DNA of 64,000 nucleotides, taken from NCBI GenBank assembly GCA_030264375.1, contig JASCQW010000112.1, forward strand, positions 45,727,709 to 45,791,708, in the 5' to 3' direction. A program made the translations under genes and the position numbers. The first letter of the stretch is position 1. Every line of letters starts with the position of its first letter. The notes below the pieces were generated by a model that had not been told where the DNA came from, made no database searches, and worked only from the letters and a program-made list of their open reading frames with translations. This document shows, one piece after another, positions 12,263 through 24,000 of the stretch. This DNA is from Carcharhinus longimanus (taxonomy: Eukaryota).

Positions 12263-12857
12263 CATTGTATTTTACAATCTGGGAAACCCTTTTACATTCC
12301 ATCTGTAGTATCTATTTTGTATACTCCTTTGTTTGACCTATAAAATTCACAAAGTTATGAATAGCAACAAAAATAGAATCCAGAAAATATCCCAGGCAAA
12401 GGACTATCACAGAAAACATTTGTAAATGACATTTTCAATACGAGAAGACATTAAGCTAAAAATTCATTGCCACAATATTATTGCTTTACTGCACAGTAAA
12501 ACATCTCAAGGCACTTTGCAGATGTGTAATTGACAAAATAAGAAAATGGTGCAGATCCAAAGAAACAGTAGATACAGTCAATGAACAAAATATAACCTAA
12601 AGCACATTTTACAAGAAGTAAAGGAGAACTTGAGGGTCGTTTCACTGATCTTTAAATAATCCCTCTGTGCAGTTCAAATACTGTTGTATAGAAATCCACC
12701 CAACGCAGATCAATATTGAATCCAATACCCCACACGGGAACAAAACCTGTGGAGAGAACAGTTAAGACCCATGACAGAGAGTAATTAAAAGTGAACTGGA
12801 GAAAATGGTGGACCATGGCAATAGGTGTGTCAAAGGCCTCTGAAAAATAAAAATTGT

Positions 12858-12892
<35 letters not shown>

Positions 12893-13348
12893 CCCTATTT
12901 GTCAAAAAATCTGGTTTAAAGGTGAGGCAAAAGAAATGTTACAATCCAGGATAGCCTAACCATATTCACAAAGTAGAAGTGCAATATTGCCACTGTAATC
13001 AGAAAGTACAAGTGGCTGTCATCCTGAAAAATCTCATAAGTCTTTACTATGCCATTCCAACCTTAGTTCCAACATTGATTGTTTTTCTAAAGAAAATTGA
13101 CATATTGATGTTTCAATAGCAAACACAATTAAAACAAACATAAAATTAAGATTCATATTGGCTGTTTTCTTTTGTCAATTTTTTTTAACATTATCTAGTG
13201 CATAGCTTGATATTCATATCTCACACCAGAAGGATGTAATGGAAATGTCGATCAATAATTCTAAACTGCTGTGGAATGAATTTTGACACATTTTTGTTGG
13301 ACCTGATATTTGTCCCAATGAAGTTCGATACATACAGACAACAACAGC
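12263..13348 (-). pseudogene. Putative multi-exon remnant resembling the DC-STAMP domain (exons 13348-13227, 13086-12961, 12746-~12645, 12455-12263)
   Basis: Canonical AG/GT sites; first three segments join in phase; motifs LYVSNFIG...QQFRIID, LYFL..AILH..VLF...LDSIL and ECKRV; internal stops and a frameshift. Confidence 0.35.
12859..12889. repeat. (CA)n microsatellite
   Basis: ~15 AC units. Confidence 0.98.
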
Positions 13349-13680
13349 CTAGATAGATGGAGGGGAATATAAATAGGAAATGCTGGAAATTCTCAGCAGG
13401 CCAGGCAGCAGGGAAAGAAATAGAGTGAATGGATGGAATTTCCTGATGTGCACCGTGTGCTAGTGGGCAACGTAAACAGTGCTTTTCCAGCCAGCCACAA
13501 TGAAGGGTTTTTATGCCGCATCGTACCCTTCCTGTCATATTATTTATGCATCCACGTGAAACCTGCTGGATCTCTGTCTAGTTGTCACCTTGCCACTTCC
13601 TTAATCTGGGCACCAGATTTTAACTGCAACATTTCCCACAGTTCTCAATGCTTGCAGCCCAGGATTGTTCAACTGAAGAG

Positions 13681-15146
13681 ATGGCCTCAAAACCTAAGAG
13701 GATTGCTGACCTCAAATTTAGTGATGCCTCACTCGAGTGCCTGCTGGACACTGTGGAGACCCACCGTGATGTCCCCAGTCTCGACTGTGGCTGCAGAAGG
13801 TCCACCAACATCACAAATCTGGCTTTGGAGGCAGTGGCAGATGTGGTCAATACGAATGTTGTCCAGATGTGGTCAGCTACCCAATGCAGGAAAAACACAA
13901 ATGATCTCATCCACGCTGCGAGGGTAAATCAACCATCTCATCACTCTCAACCTACAAACCCATCACACCTTCACAGGAATCTCACTCACTCTCAGCTCAT
14001 TTTCTCACACATACCCTGACATCTTCAGCTGGCCCCATCCGCTCTGCTGATTTTATCCCCATTCCATCCATGATACCCACAAATGCCACACATCTTTCTC
14101 ATCTGCCCTGGCATGCATCTTTCCCATCCTCGTTTTATCCATCTTTATGCGAGATAGGCTGGTATACAATAAAGGGGAGAGGCTCCAGACTAGGGGTGAT
14201 CCTCAGAGAGTTTGACCACTTCTATGTGATGGTGAGGTCAGTGGCAAGCACCCACATGAGCATCCTACACCAGATCGTCCCTCTCTCAAAGTTATTGTGA
14301 GAGCACAGCTCTATGCATTACTCAACAGTCATGTACTAATAACATCCACTTTCCCTCCTTGGCATGTCTGACAAGTACCTGGTGCCCTCAGCCAGCCAGG
14401 CCTCCAGCCCCAACCTAAAAGACACCTCAGATGAGGACTCTGAGGGCAGCACCTTAGAAGACTCCTGGAGGCTAAGAATCTGGTGAGCCCATGTTAAATG
14501 ATGAGCCGCTGGACTTGGTCCTAAATCAGTTGGTGGAGCTCAGTGACATCCACTGGAACATCAAAGGAATGTCAGCTGCTTTCCTCAGATTGTTAAGAAC
14601 ATGGAGGAGTCCATCTGCTTTCAGTCTGTGATGATTGTGCCATTGTGCCATTGCACTGAGACCAACACCGGCAGGATGGTGGCAGCCATCAAGTGCTTAG
14701 GCCCGGACATCAGTCCTGTGCTGCTGAAGCCTTAAGTAGCCTGCACGAGTGTCAAACCTAGAAGGATACGGAACAGCACGATCTCACTCCAACTGCCCCT
14801 TCTCCTCAAGGAGTTAGTTATGGACCCTCACACACCCATTGGGAGGAGGACCAGCAGTTGGAAACCATAGGGCCATCCACCCAGGTGATCCCTCAAGCAT
14901 CCAACTGATCCCAATCCCCTCTGCTTGTCACCCCATCAGCTGCAGCTCCAGAGACCAAGGAGGTGCACTTGTCCCACAGCAGGACACCTAAAGCAGGTCC
15001 TCCAAGTCTCAGCCTTTCAGAAGATGCCCATCAAGGTAATCACAGAGAAAAGGCATCACAGTCAGCAGGCTACCTCCCCATCTGTTGTGGATGTCAGGGA
15101 TGAACTAAAATGTAATGACAGGATTAAGAAAGCCCCAAAATGTTAG
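13681..15146 (+). pseudogene. Harbinger Myb/SANT-like DNA-binding partner gene (spliced, degenerate)
   Basis: Exon 1 MASKPKRIADLKFSDASLECLLDTVETHRDV...ATQCRKNTNDLIHAAR followed by gt; exon 2 at ~14153 DRLVYNKGERLQTRG (cf. KLAHNxRERxxTGGG); TIR-like ggatggaattttcc at ~13431. Confidence 0.75.
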
Positions 15147-15817
15147 GAGCACAATGATTGCTCAGGTGTTGATTACTTGTCCATAATATGCGTCACTGTA
15201 AATTGAATATCATTCATTCCACATCTCCTCTTGTGTGTGCCTCCTTTTATTAGGAGCCAATCAAGCGACAAACCATGGTCTCTCCTCCCACTTATTGCAG
15301 ATGTCACTATCATGGGTCCATCTGGTTTGCTTTCGTTTCACTGCAGTGCCCAGTTATTTTCATATCAACTCCCACATCAGTGACGCCTTGTCTGTAATGT
15401 TACCTGTGCTTGTGGAAAACATCTCATTCGCACACTTTGCAGGGTTTGTTCATGTTCACTCTTGGCTCTGTGACATAGAGGTAAAGGTGTTCTCCCATCC
15501 AGCATGATTGAAAGGAGAAAGTGTAGTGCAGAACAGATGAGTTAATGCATGGAGAATGGTGATAAGTCCTGGAATTCCATGCACTGTCATCTGCCTGGGT
15601 TTCCATGCTATGAGAACCTGCTCAAAGGCGATGTGCATTCCATGTCTGGCAGCCGCATCTGAGACTTTCTGACCACATATCTATAAGCTGAACAAACATT
15701 GTAGCAACTTGCCACATCAAGTCAACAGCCTCTTTTTCTCTCAGCAGATGCTGCCTGACCTACTGAGTATTTCCAGAATTTCCTGATTTTAATTCTCCTG
15801 TTAAACTTTGGGAACGT

Positions 15818-16135
15818 CACAGTAAGAAGTCTCACAACACCAGGTTAAAGTCCAACAGGTTTATTTGGATAGCACAAGCCACAAGCTTTTGGAGCACTGT
15901 CCCTTCATGAGATGAGTCTTTTGGAGATGCTCTCCACTTGGAGTCAGTGGTTTGCAGTTTGATGGTAGCCATGATATGGCAATGCCGGCGTTGGACTGGA
16001 GTAAGCACAGTGAGAAGTCTCACAACACCAGGTTAAAGTCCAACAGATTTATTTGGTAGCACAAGCCATAAGCTTTCAACACACTGCCCCTTTATCAGAT
16101 GAGTGGCACATACTGCCCCTTCATCAGGTTACTCA
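15818..16135 (-). mobile_element. Penelope-like terminal repeat, two tandem copies
   Basis: cacagt(a/g)agaagtctcacaacaccaggttaaagtccaacag twice, each with a degenerate hammerhead-like core. Confidence 0.7.
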
Positions 16136-17029
16136 TTCATTCATTCCTGGAGACAATGCTATTGCAGGTGAGATTGAGACTAAGACTGACTTTGTATCTA
16201 CAATTTATATGTAACTATCTTCCACTTACTGCATTCTGTGGGAATTGGTGTATGTGCCTTTAACAGGACAAGCTGCTGTGGGTTCGGTCATGGATTCCAT
16301 TCGTTTGAGTTTNNNNNNNNNNNNNNNNNNNNNNNNNNNNNNNNNNNNNNNNNNNNNNNNNNNNNNNNNNNNNNNNNNNNNNNNNNNNNNNNNNNNNNNN
16401 NNNNNNNNNNNNNNNNNNNNNNNNNNNNNNNNNNNNNNNNNNNNNNNNNNNNNNNNNNNNNNNNNNNNNNNNNNNNNNNNNNNNNNNNNNNNNNNNNNNN
16501 NNNNNNNNNNNNNNNNNNNNNNNNNNNNNNNNNNNNNNNNNNNNNNNNNNNNNNNNNNNNNNNNNNNNNNNNNNNNNNNNNNNNNNNNNNNNNNNNNNNN
16601 NNNNNNNNNNNNNNNNNNNNNNNNNNNNNNNNNNNNNNNNNNNNNNNNNNNNNNNNNNNNNNNNNNNNNNNNNNNNNNNNNNNNNNNNNNNNNNNNNNNN
16701 NNNNNNNNNNNNNNNNNNNNNNNNNNNNNNNNNNNNNNNNNNNNNNNNNNNNNNNNNNNNNNNNNNNNNNNNNNNNNNNNNNNNNNNNNNNNNNNNNNNN
16801 NNNNNNNNNNNNNNNNNNNNNNNNNNNNNNNNNNNNNNNNNNNNNNNNNNNNNNNNNNNNNNNNNNNNNNNNNNNNNNNNNNNNNNNNNNNNNNNNNNNN
16901 NNNNNNNNNNNNNNNNNNNNNNNNNNNNNNNNNNNNNNNNNNNNNNNNNNNNNNNNNNNNNNNNNNNNNNNNNNNNNNNNNNNNNNNNNNNNNNNNNTTT
17001 GAGTTTGTAGATAACCTTTTATTTGAGGT

Positions 17030-17338
17030 GCCATGATGGTACAGTGGTGAGCACTGCTGTCTCTCCGCACAAGGGGCCTGGGTTCAATTCCAGCCTCAGG
17101 TCACTGTCTGTGTAGACTTTGCACATTCTCCATGCTGTCTATGTGGGTTTCCTCTGGTGCTCCAATTTTCTTCCACAGCCCAGCTTAGGTTGCTTGGCCA
17201 TGTTAAATTGACCCTGGTGTCAGGGGATTGGCAGGGTAAATATATGGGGTTACTGGAATAAAGCCTGAGTGGGATTGTGTTCGGTGCAGGCTCGATGGGC
17301 CGAAGGGCCTCATTCTGCACTGTAGGGATTCTATGATT
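17030..17338 (+). mobile_element. HE1/V-SINE-type SINE
   Basis: Head, V-domain and tail ggccgaagggcctcattctgcactgtagggattctatgatt. Confidence 0.9.
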
Positions 17339-18414
17339 TTAAATCGATCTTTACAGGAAATATAAAAACTCTACAGAGCAGCAGTATGGTATATAATTCA
17401 AGCTCAAATGAACCATGCAAATACACTCTTTTGTGATTGAACATATACCAAGTACAGATGCAATCTTACACTTCAGTGCATCAAAGGTACAGGTTAAAAT
17501 ACTTAAGTCGATAATTAAAGGTATTGAGTGTTAGAACGCGAGGGTTGCTTTTCACTTTTAATTTCCTTCTCAATTGAAAGCATGAGTTGATCTGGGGAAT
17601 TTTAACTGAATCTGCCCAGCGGTGAGCTGATGCGATCAGATTGGTCACCCATCTTACACATTGCTCAATTTTACTTTCCACTGACTTCAGTAAACAGCAG
17701 GGTTGTGTGGGAGTTAGATTAACCAGCCGATCTGATTACATCTGAGTGGATTAGATTAGAATTACTGGCTATGTTTATTTCTAATGCAAAAATACCCAAA
17801 AAGAAGTTGTATTATAATTTCAAACTATCCTTTATTATACCATTTCTATATAATCAGTTCTTCAATTATATATCACCTTCAAATCATCTCTGCTTATAAC
17901 ATTTTAGTGTTAAGTTATGAACGTATAATCTTTAGATAAAACATTTTGGCAATTAATATTAATCGCATAAGAAGAAAGACAGTGGCAGGAAACTGGAGAA
18001 AATCCTTTAAAACTCAGGTAGACAGCATTTCCTACTTAAAAACTCAAAGATAGAGAGGGGAATTACTGCACCAGCCAATGGCTAGAATCATGGCAGGCAG
18101 GGGCACTACATTTCAAATTTTGTTTTCTTGCCAAACTAATAGTTGGTCACTTCCCTGCTGGTCAATGGTGGGAACCATATTAACATTCATTTCATATGAT
18201 GAATACTAAATCCAATTTGGCCAGAATCACATTCTCCCTGCTAATTAAAAGCCCTGCAGCGGATATTTAGAATGGTCTCTTTCACAACTATATATAAGTG
18301 GTGTGCACATGGTGTTCTTTACTTCATCAGCGACTTGGCGGTTAATAGATGCTTCTTTTATCTATCTTTAAGAGCAGTGCATCAATGTTTCACCACTTCT
18401 CCAATGCAGCATCA

Positions 18415-18541
18415 AGGCCATGAGATGGGAGACCTGGTGTTGGACTGGTGTGGGCACAGTAAGAAGTCTCACAACACCAGGTTAACGTCCAACAGGTTTA
18501 TTTGGAGTCACGAGCTTTCGGAGTGCTGCTCCTTCATCAGC
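18415..18541 (-). mobile_element. Penelope-like terminal repeat with hammerhead ribozyme core
   Basis: Minus strand CTGATGA-a-GGAGcagcaCTCC-GAAA-gctc at 18541-18511. Confidence 0.7.
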
Positions 18542-19431
18542 ATCAAGACTGACATCTACGNNNNNNNNNNNNNNNNNNNNNNNNNNNNNNNNNNNNNNNN
18601 NNNNNNNNNNNNNNNNNNNNNNNNNNNNNNNNNNNNNNNNNNNNNNNNNNNNNNNNNNNNNNNNNNNNNNNNNNNNNNNNNNNNNNNNNNNNNNNNNNNN
18701 NNNNNNNNNNNNNNNNNNNNNNNNNNNNNNNNNNNNNNNNNNNNNNNNNNNNNNNNNNNNNNNNNNNNNNNNNNNNNNNNNNNNNNNNNNNNNNNNNNNN
18801 NNNNNNNNNNNNNNNNNNNNNNNNNNNNNNNNNNNNNNNNNNNNNNNNNNNNNNNNNNNNNNNNNNNNNNNNNNNNNNNNNNNNNNNNNNNNNNNNNNNN
18901 NNNNNNNNNNNNNNNNNNNNNNNNNNNNNNNNNNNNNNNNNNNNNNNNNNNNNNNNNNNNNNNNNNNNNNNNNNNNNNNNNNNNNNNNNNNNNNNNNNNN
19001 NNNNNNNNNNNNNNNNNNNNNNNNNNNNNNNNNNNNNNNNNNNNNNNNNNNNNNNNNNNNNNNNNNNNNNNNNNNNNNNNNNNNNNNNNNNNNNNNNNNN
19101 NNNNNNNNNNNNNNNNNNNNNNNNNNNNNNNNNNNNNNNNNNNNNNNNNNNNNNNNNNNNNNNNNNNNNNNNNNNNNNNNNNNNNNNNNNNNNNNNNNNN
19201 NNNNNNNNNNNNNNNNNNNNNNNNNNNNNNNNNNNNNNNNNNNNNNNNNNNNNNNNNNNNNNNNNNNNNNNNNNNNNNNNNNNNNNNNNNNNNNNNNNNN
19301 NNNNNNNNNNNNNNNNNNNNNNNNNNNNNNNNNNNNNNNNNNNNNNNNNNNNNNNNNNNNNNNNNNNNNNNNNNNNNNNNNNNNNNNNNNNNNNNNNNNN
19401 NNNNNNNNNNNNNNNNNNNNNNNNNNNNNNN

Positions 19432-19665
19432 AGTCTGAGATCATGCACCACCTGACATAAGAACAGCTTCTTCCCTGCTGCCATCAGACTTTTGAATGGA
19501 CCTACCTCACTCTAAGTTGATCTTTCTCTACATCCTAGCTATGACTGTAATACTACATTCAGCACACTCTCCTTTCCTGCTCTGTGAACGGTGTGCTTTT
19601 TCTGTATAGCATGCAAGAAAAAGTATTTCTCACCATATGCTAACAATAAGAATTCAGAAATCAAA
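19432..19665 (+). mobile_element. Rex1/Babar LINE 3' end
   Basis: aagaacagcttcttccctgctgccatcagacttttgaatggacct (KNSFFPAAIRLLN); matches the 44075 region. Confidence 0.85.
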
Positions 19666-19815
19666 TAATACATGAAGGGCACTTATGTGAGAATCCATTA
19701 AGATTTGGGGCAAAATTTGATTTGGTCTGATTGGCTATCTGTGCATGACAGAGATACGCTGAAAGGCAAACCTTTGTTTTGTTGACATTGAGGGAGAGAT
19801 TATTGTCATCGCACT

Positions 19816-20121
19816 GAGGAGAGATGCAATGCAGCACATTTAGCCACAGAGTCCTTAATAGAGCAGACAATTGGCCTCTTAGCGATGCACCTCAGATTTT
19901 TGAACAGGTCAGATGGGGCTCTCTGGGATTTTTCACAGAGGGTGCCCCACATTACTGTTGGTTTCTGCATTCTCCACAACCTAGCACTGCAAAGATGGGA
20001 TGAGTTGCCATATGGAGGCATGAAAGAGGTGAATGTCTTCTCAGCTCAGGAGGGCATAGTATGGGATGATTGCAAAAAGGGTAATGATTTTCATGAGCTG
20101 CAAGAAGAGGTCATTGCATGA
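19816..20121 (+). pseudogene. Harbinger transposase (HARBI1-like DDE nuclease) C-terminal remnant
   Basis: EERCNAAHLATESLIEQTIGLLAMHLRFLNRSDGAL...CILHNLALQR. Confidence 0.85.
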
Positions 20122-20440
20122 TTTGATTTGTTTGGATTTATTATTATTATTAGTGTACGGGAAGTATTATTTCTTGTGCATTATGCAGACAAAGCATACC
20201 ATTCATAGAGAAGGAAAGGAGAGAATGCGGAATGTAGTGTTACAGCCATAGCTAGGGTGTAGAGAAAGATCAAATTAATGCGAGGTAGATCTATTCAAAA
20301 ATCTAATGACAGCAGGAATGAAGCTGTTTTTGAGTTGGTTGGTACGTGACCTCAGACTTTTATACCTTTTTCCTGACAGAAGAAGGTGAAAGCGACAATG
20401 TCCAGGATGGGTGGGGTTCTTAATTATGCTGGCTGTTTAA
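20120..20440 (-). mobile_element. Rex1/Babar LINE 3' fragment
   Basis: Reverse complement of the 43960-44425 region (atttgatttg tail, gctagggtgtagagaaagatc). Confidence 0.85.
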
Positions 20441-21293
20441 TCGTACTTGAGCATGATGCAGAAAGATGTGCTTGTGAGACCTTTACAACGACATGGCTCC
20501 AAGAGGAGTAAGGTGAAAAAGAGCTAATACAAGCACAGTTGTTCTGTCCCTTTAATGCAGGGTAGACAATGATGCCTTTTTTAAAATCATCTTCCACATC
20601 TTGCTAAAGGTTATCAATCTCAGAATGAAGAGTCACATTTAAGCCCCATGATGGCCTCATCTCTGGAAGGTTAAGGACCCTATGGAGTGTCTGATGGTTT
20701 TGTAACGGTAAAAACGTTCCACCAGCACTCAATCTGAAGCAAGTGGACAGGATGCAGTCCTTTTAAGCATGGCACTATCCCTTCATTAGTTATTGCAGCC
20801 TTCTAGAGGCAGAAAAGCGACAGCAATCGATGCACTCATGACAGAATGACAGAGGCTTAGCAAGGCAGCAGTCAGAGAAAAATAATCCGTCAATGATTAT
20901 CGCTTAACCATCCAAAGACGAAGTTACATCTGGACAGCAGCACCTCTCCAAATGTCATTTCTCATGTATGATTAATCCGGATACTGAGCCCCATGATGCG
21001 TTTGCTCCTCAGGACGCTGTGATCTGCAGCTCTACTGCATTGAAGTAAAGCTGGGAGTTAGGTTACCTTTGTCAACACAGGGAGTACTTCTGAAGGGCCA
21101 TTGTTGATAATGGACAATTGTTCATGACCCTGCCTCATCGTAAGCCTCTCACGTTAACACCTAGGCACTGCCTTGGCTTCTGGAGAGATATGGCCCTGTC
21201 AAAAATGACAGGACATTCAATGAGAACTTAGTACCAGCAGAAATACCCACAAGCACCCGGGAGATGCACTGGAGCATTACTTTCATCCTATTA

Positions 21294-21432
21294 CAGCCAT
21301 GATGTGGAGGTGCCAGCGTTGGACTGGGGTGGGCACAGTAAGAAGTCTCACAAGACCAGGTTAATGCCCAACGGCTTGTGATAACAAATAAACCTGTAGA
21401 ATTTTAACCTGGTGTTGTGAGACTTCTTACTG
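21294..21432. mobile_element. Fold-back Penelope-end insertion with 9-bp TSD atcctatta
   Basis: cagtaagaagtctcacaa...ttgtgagacttcttactg palindrome; TSD at 21285-21293 and 21433-21441. Confidence 0.85.
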
Positions 21433-21763
21433 ATCCTATTATAGTTTTCCACATTTCCCAGATACCAAAATGTGATATTTAATCTCAAACACTGATTGCA
21501 TAGTTATTTAATGAAATCCATATTGACTGTCCTTCTGTGACCTAACATAGGGATTCTGTCATGCCACACTAGACACCCCTTCAGGTGCAAACTAACATCC
21601 TCCCACACGCAATAGGCTGACATCATTGGGATTGGCACACGCCTTCGATATCACAGACTCATTGCCGTCTAACAGACATTTCAAATGTCACCAGTTTCCA
21701 TTGCTCAGCATCATTCATGTGGACAGTGGGAACAAATAAAAGAAAAATGTTCAACCATAAACA

Positions 21764-21956
21764 GTTGGTGGAGACTCCCATTCCAACCATTCTTCACATT
21801 CAAATTTGTAATTATCTTGCAATTGTATCTTTGCCTATATATGTCGTGTTTGTAAACTTACCTCTACTCACCTGGTAAAGGAGCAGCACTCCGAAAGCTT
21901 ATGATTCCAAATAGACCTGTTGGACTTCAACCTAGTGTTGTGAGACTTTTTACTGG
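21764..21956 (+). mobile_element. Penelope-like terminal fragment with 11-bp TSD aaccataaaca
   Basis: TSD at 21753-21763 and 21957-21967; mutated hammerhead-like ctggtaaaggagcagcactccgaaagct. Confidence 0.8.
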
Positions 21957-22292
21957 AACCATAAACATGAAGTAAACAGTGCAGGCAGGTCTGAAAGGCA
22001 ATGGTTCTCAACAATGAGTTACAGTTTAATCAAAGTCTGACAGTCGTTAAATGTAGGTCATTGCAAAGTGCACCTGGTTGAAATGACTGCAAACTGGATC
22101 ACAATGAATATCTATAACAGCCGCAAACTTTAATGCAGTTGTATCAGGATAATCAATAATATTCCAAGAACAATTTGTTTGAAGACACACCTTCTGATGC
22201 AAGTCTGACATATGCAATGTCCAATTATCATGTTGATACAGGCACGGCCTTTGTTCATGTTGCTTCTCTTGTCTGTCTCTTTGTATCTGAGC

Positions 22293-22545
22293 AGCACGCT
22301 GGCAGAGTGGTTAGCACTGCTGCCTCTCAGCACCAGGGACCTAATTTCGCTTCCCGGTTTGGGTGACTATCTGTGCGGAGTCTGCGCGTTCCCCCCATGT
22401 CTGCATGGTTTCCTTCCACAGTCGATAGATGTGCTGGTTCAGTGCATTGATCATGCTAAATTCNNNNNNNNNNNNNNNNNNNNNNNNNNNNNNNNNNNNN
22501 NNNNNNNNNNNNNNNNNNNNNNNNNNNNNNNACTAATAATAAATA
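22293..22545 (+). mobile_element. V-SINE-type SINE (gap inside)
   Basis: gtggttagcactgctgcctctcag head plus V-domain. Confidence 0.85.
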
Positions 22546-22559
22546 CATAGATAAATCTA

Positions 22560-23572
22560 TACATTTGTTGTGGGGCTGACTGCAGAGGCTGATCATCAGA
22601 GTTGGACTCAGCAGGGGCTTGATCTCCAACAGTCCGTCAGAGACATTGGGTGTCACTGTTTCCACCCGCTGTGGATATGTGTCCGTGGAGTGATCGTTGG
22701 ATAGTGGACCCAAGCCTATTCTAGAACTAGGCCTCACTGAAATGTATATTCCTGCAGTGGTACTGGTACATGTGTAATGGGTCTTTAGCAGACAGTTGGT
22801 CTGCTTCCTCATCTGAGGTGGGCTGGAGCTGATGCGCTGGATTGAGGACATCCTTGGTCATTTGCTGGTACCTGGAATAGAGCAGATTTCATTCATAATT
22901 GTTCTCCATGTGTGGCTACTGAATACAGGATGCATCCTCACTGGCTTGCTGAGGAGGCCGATCTCACCTTCCACACAGGAACAGTCTGTGTCCTCAGCAG
23001 CAACTCAGCAGCCTCCTCTTTGAAGGGGAAGAGGAGTGGGTTCTCCCCTATTGGTCTCTCCCTCTCGCTGTGGACTATCTTCTGTATCAAGATGCATGGA
23101 TTAATTGTAAGCATTAAAGATGAAAATGGAGTTAAGAAGCATGCATGCCTATAGTGTACGTTGAGTATTCAATAAGAACTGAAGGCATCATTGATGCAAG
23201 TGGGTGATGTTAAAGTGATTGTCAGACAATCAGTACTGATGTATCATTTGCTGGTTCGATGTGAAATCCCTATGGATGCTAACCTTTAGATTGCCTGATG
23301 TCCTCATGAGAGAGTGAGTTTGGAGAGAAGAGAAGGTTACGTTACCCTGGTGGAGTAGCTGAGGTCATTTCCTTCTGGTACTCCTTTTTGATTGAAAAAG
23401 GTGCTGAACGCCAGGGTTACCTCCTCCTGGGCTGCAAGGTCAGCTGGGTGGCTGTCCTTCTTCCATTCCTTGGGAAGAAGTCCACTTGCCTCTATTGGAT
23501 GGCCTGATGGGTAATCTCCAGCTAGGCCTAGTTGAACGATGAAACCGAGGGGTTGGTCCTTTTGGATGTCAT
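22560..23572 (-). pseudogene. Harbinger Myb/SANT partner gene (degenerate), convergent on the transposase
   Basis: Exon 1 23572-23346 (PRF...FFPRNGRR...EEV...NDLSYSTR then gt, frameshifted); exon 2 from ~23082 KIVHSERER; exon 3 Ser/Thr-rich ...AESNSDDQPL. Confidence 0.65.
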
Positions 23573-23851
23573 TTTGTACTTTGCTACACCAATACTAGAG
23601 AGTGAATGTGTGCTTGTGTGCTGTTGAAAGATGGTGCCAGGACCTTTGACCCCATGAGGTAACGGCAAGGTGGACAAATCACTGCCTTTCCCACCACGAG
23701 ATTCAACAGGCTCCTCGCTGAGGTCGAACAAATGCGCTGAAAAGTGGAAGATGAGGCATAGAAACTCATCAAAACCCACCCTGTCACCCTACAGGAGTCA
23801 AACCCATTTTCCCAACCGTCACCACACTCCAGAATGAAAACTTCCTCCCTG

Positions 23852-24000
23852 AATCATCAAATCGTAAAATCCCTACAGTGCAGAAGGAGACCATTCAGCC
23901 CCTCGAGTCTGCACTGGCTATCTGACAGAGTATTCTACCCAGGCCCAATCCTCATAAATCTACACATTTCCCATGGCTAATACACCTAACCTACACATCT
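23852..24000 (-). mobile_element. HE1-type SINE 3' part
   Basis: aatccctacagtgcagaaggagaccattcagccc. Confidence 0.8.

Larger units (their letters stand above)
20585..22165 (-). pseudogene. Unassigned decayed ORF inside Harbinger element (copy 1), interrupted by two Penelope-end insertions
   Basis: Colinear homology to 59288-60834 with frame-consistent conserved peptides. Confidence 0.5.

Noticed and set aside
16238-19484. Long ORFs of 250-390 aa in the ORF track (also 46387-47352)
   Set aside because: They are mostly runs of N translated as X
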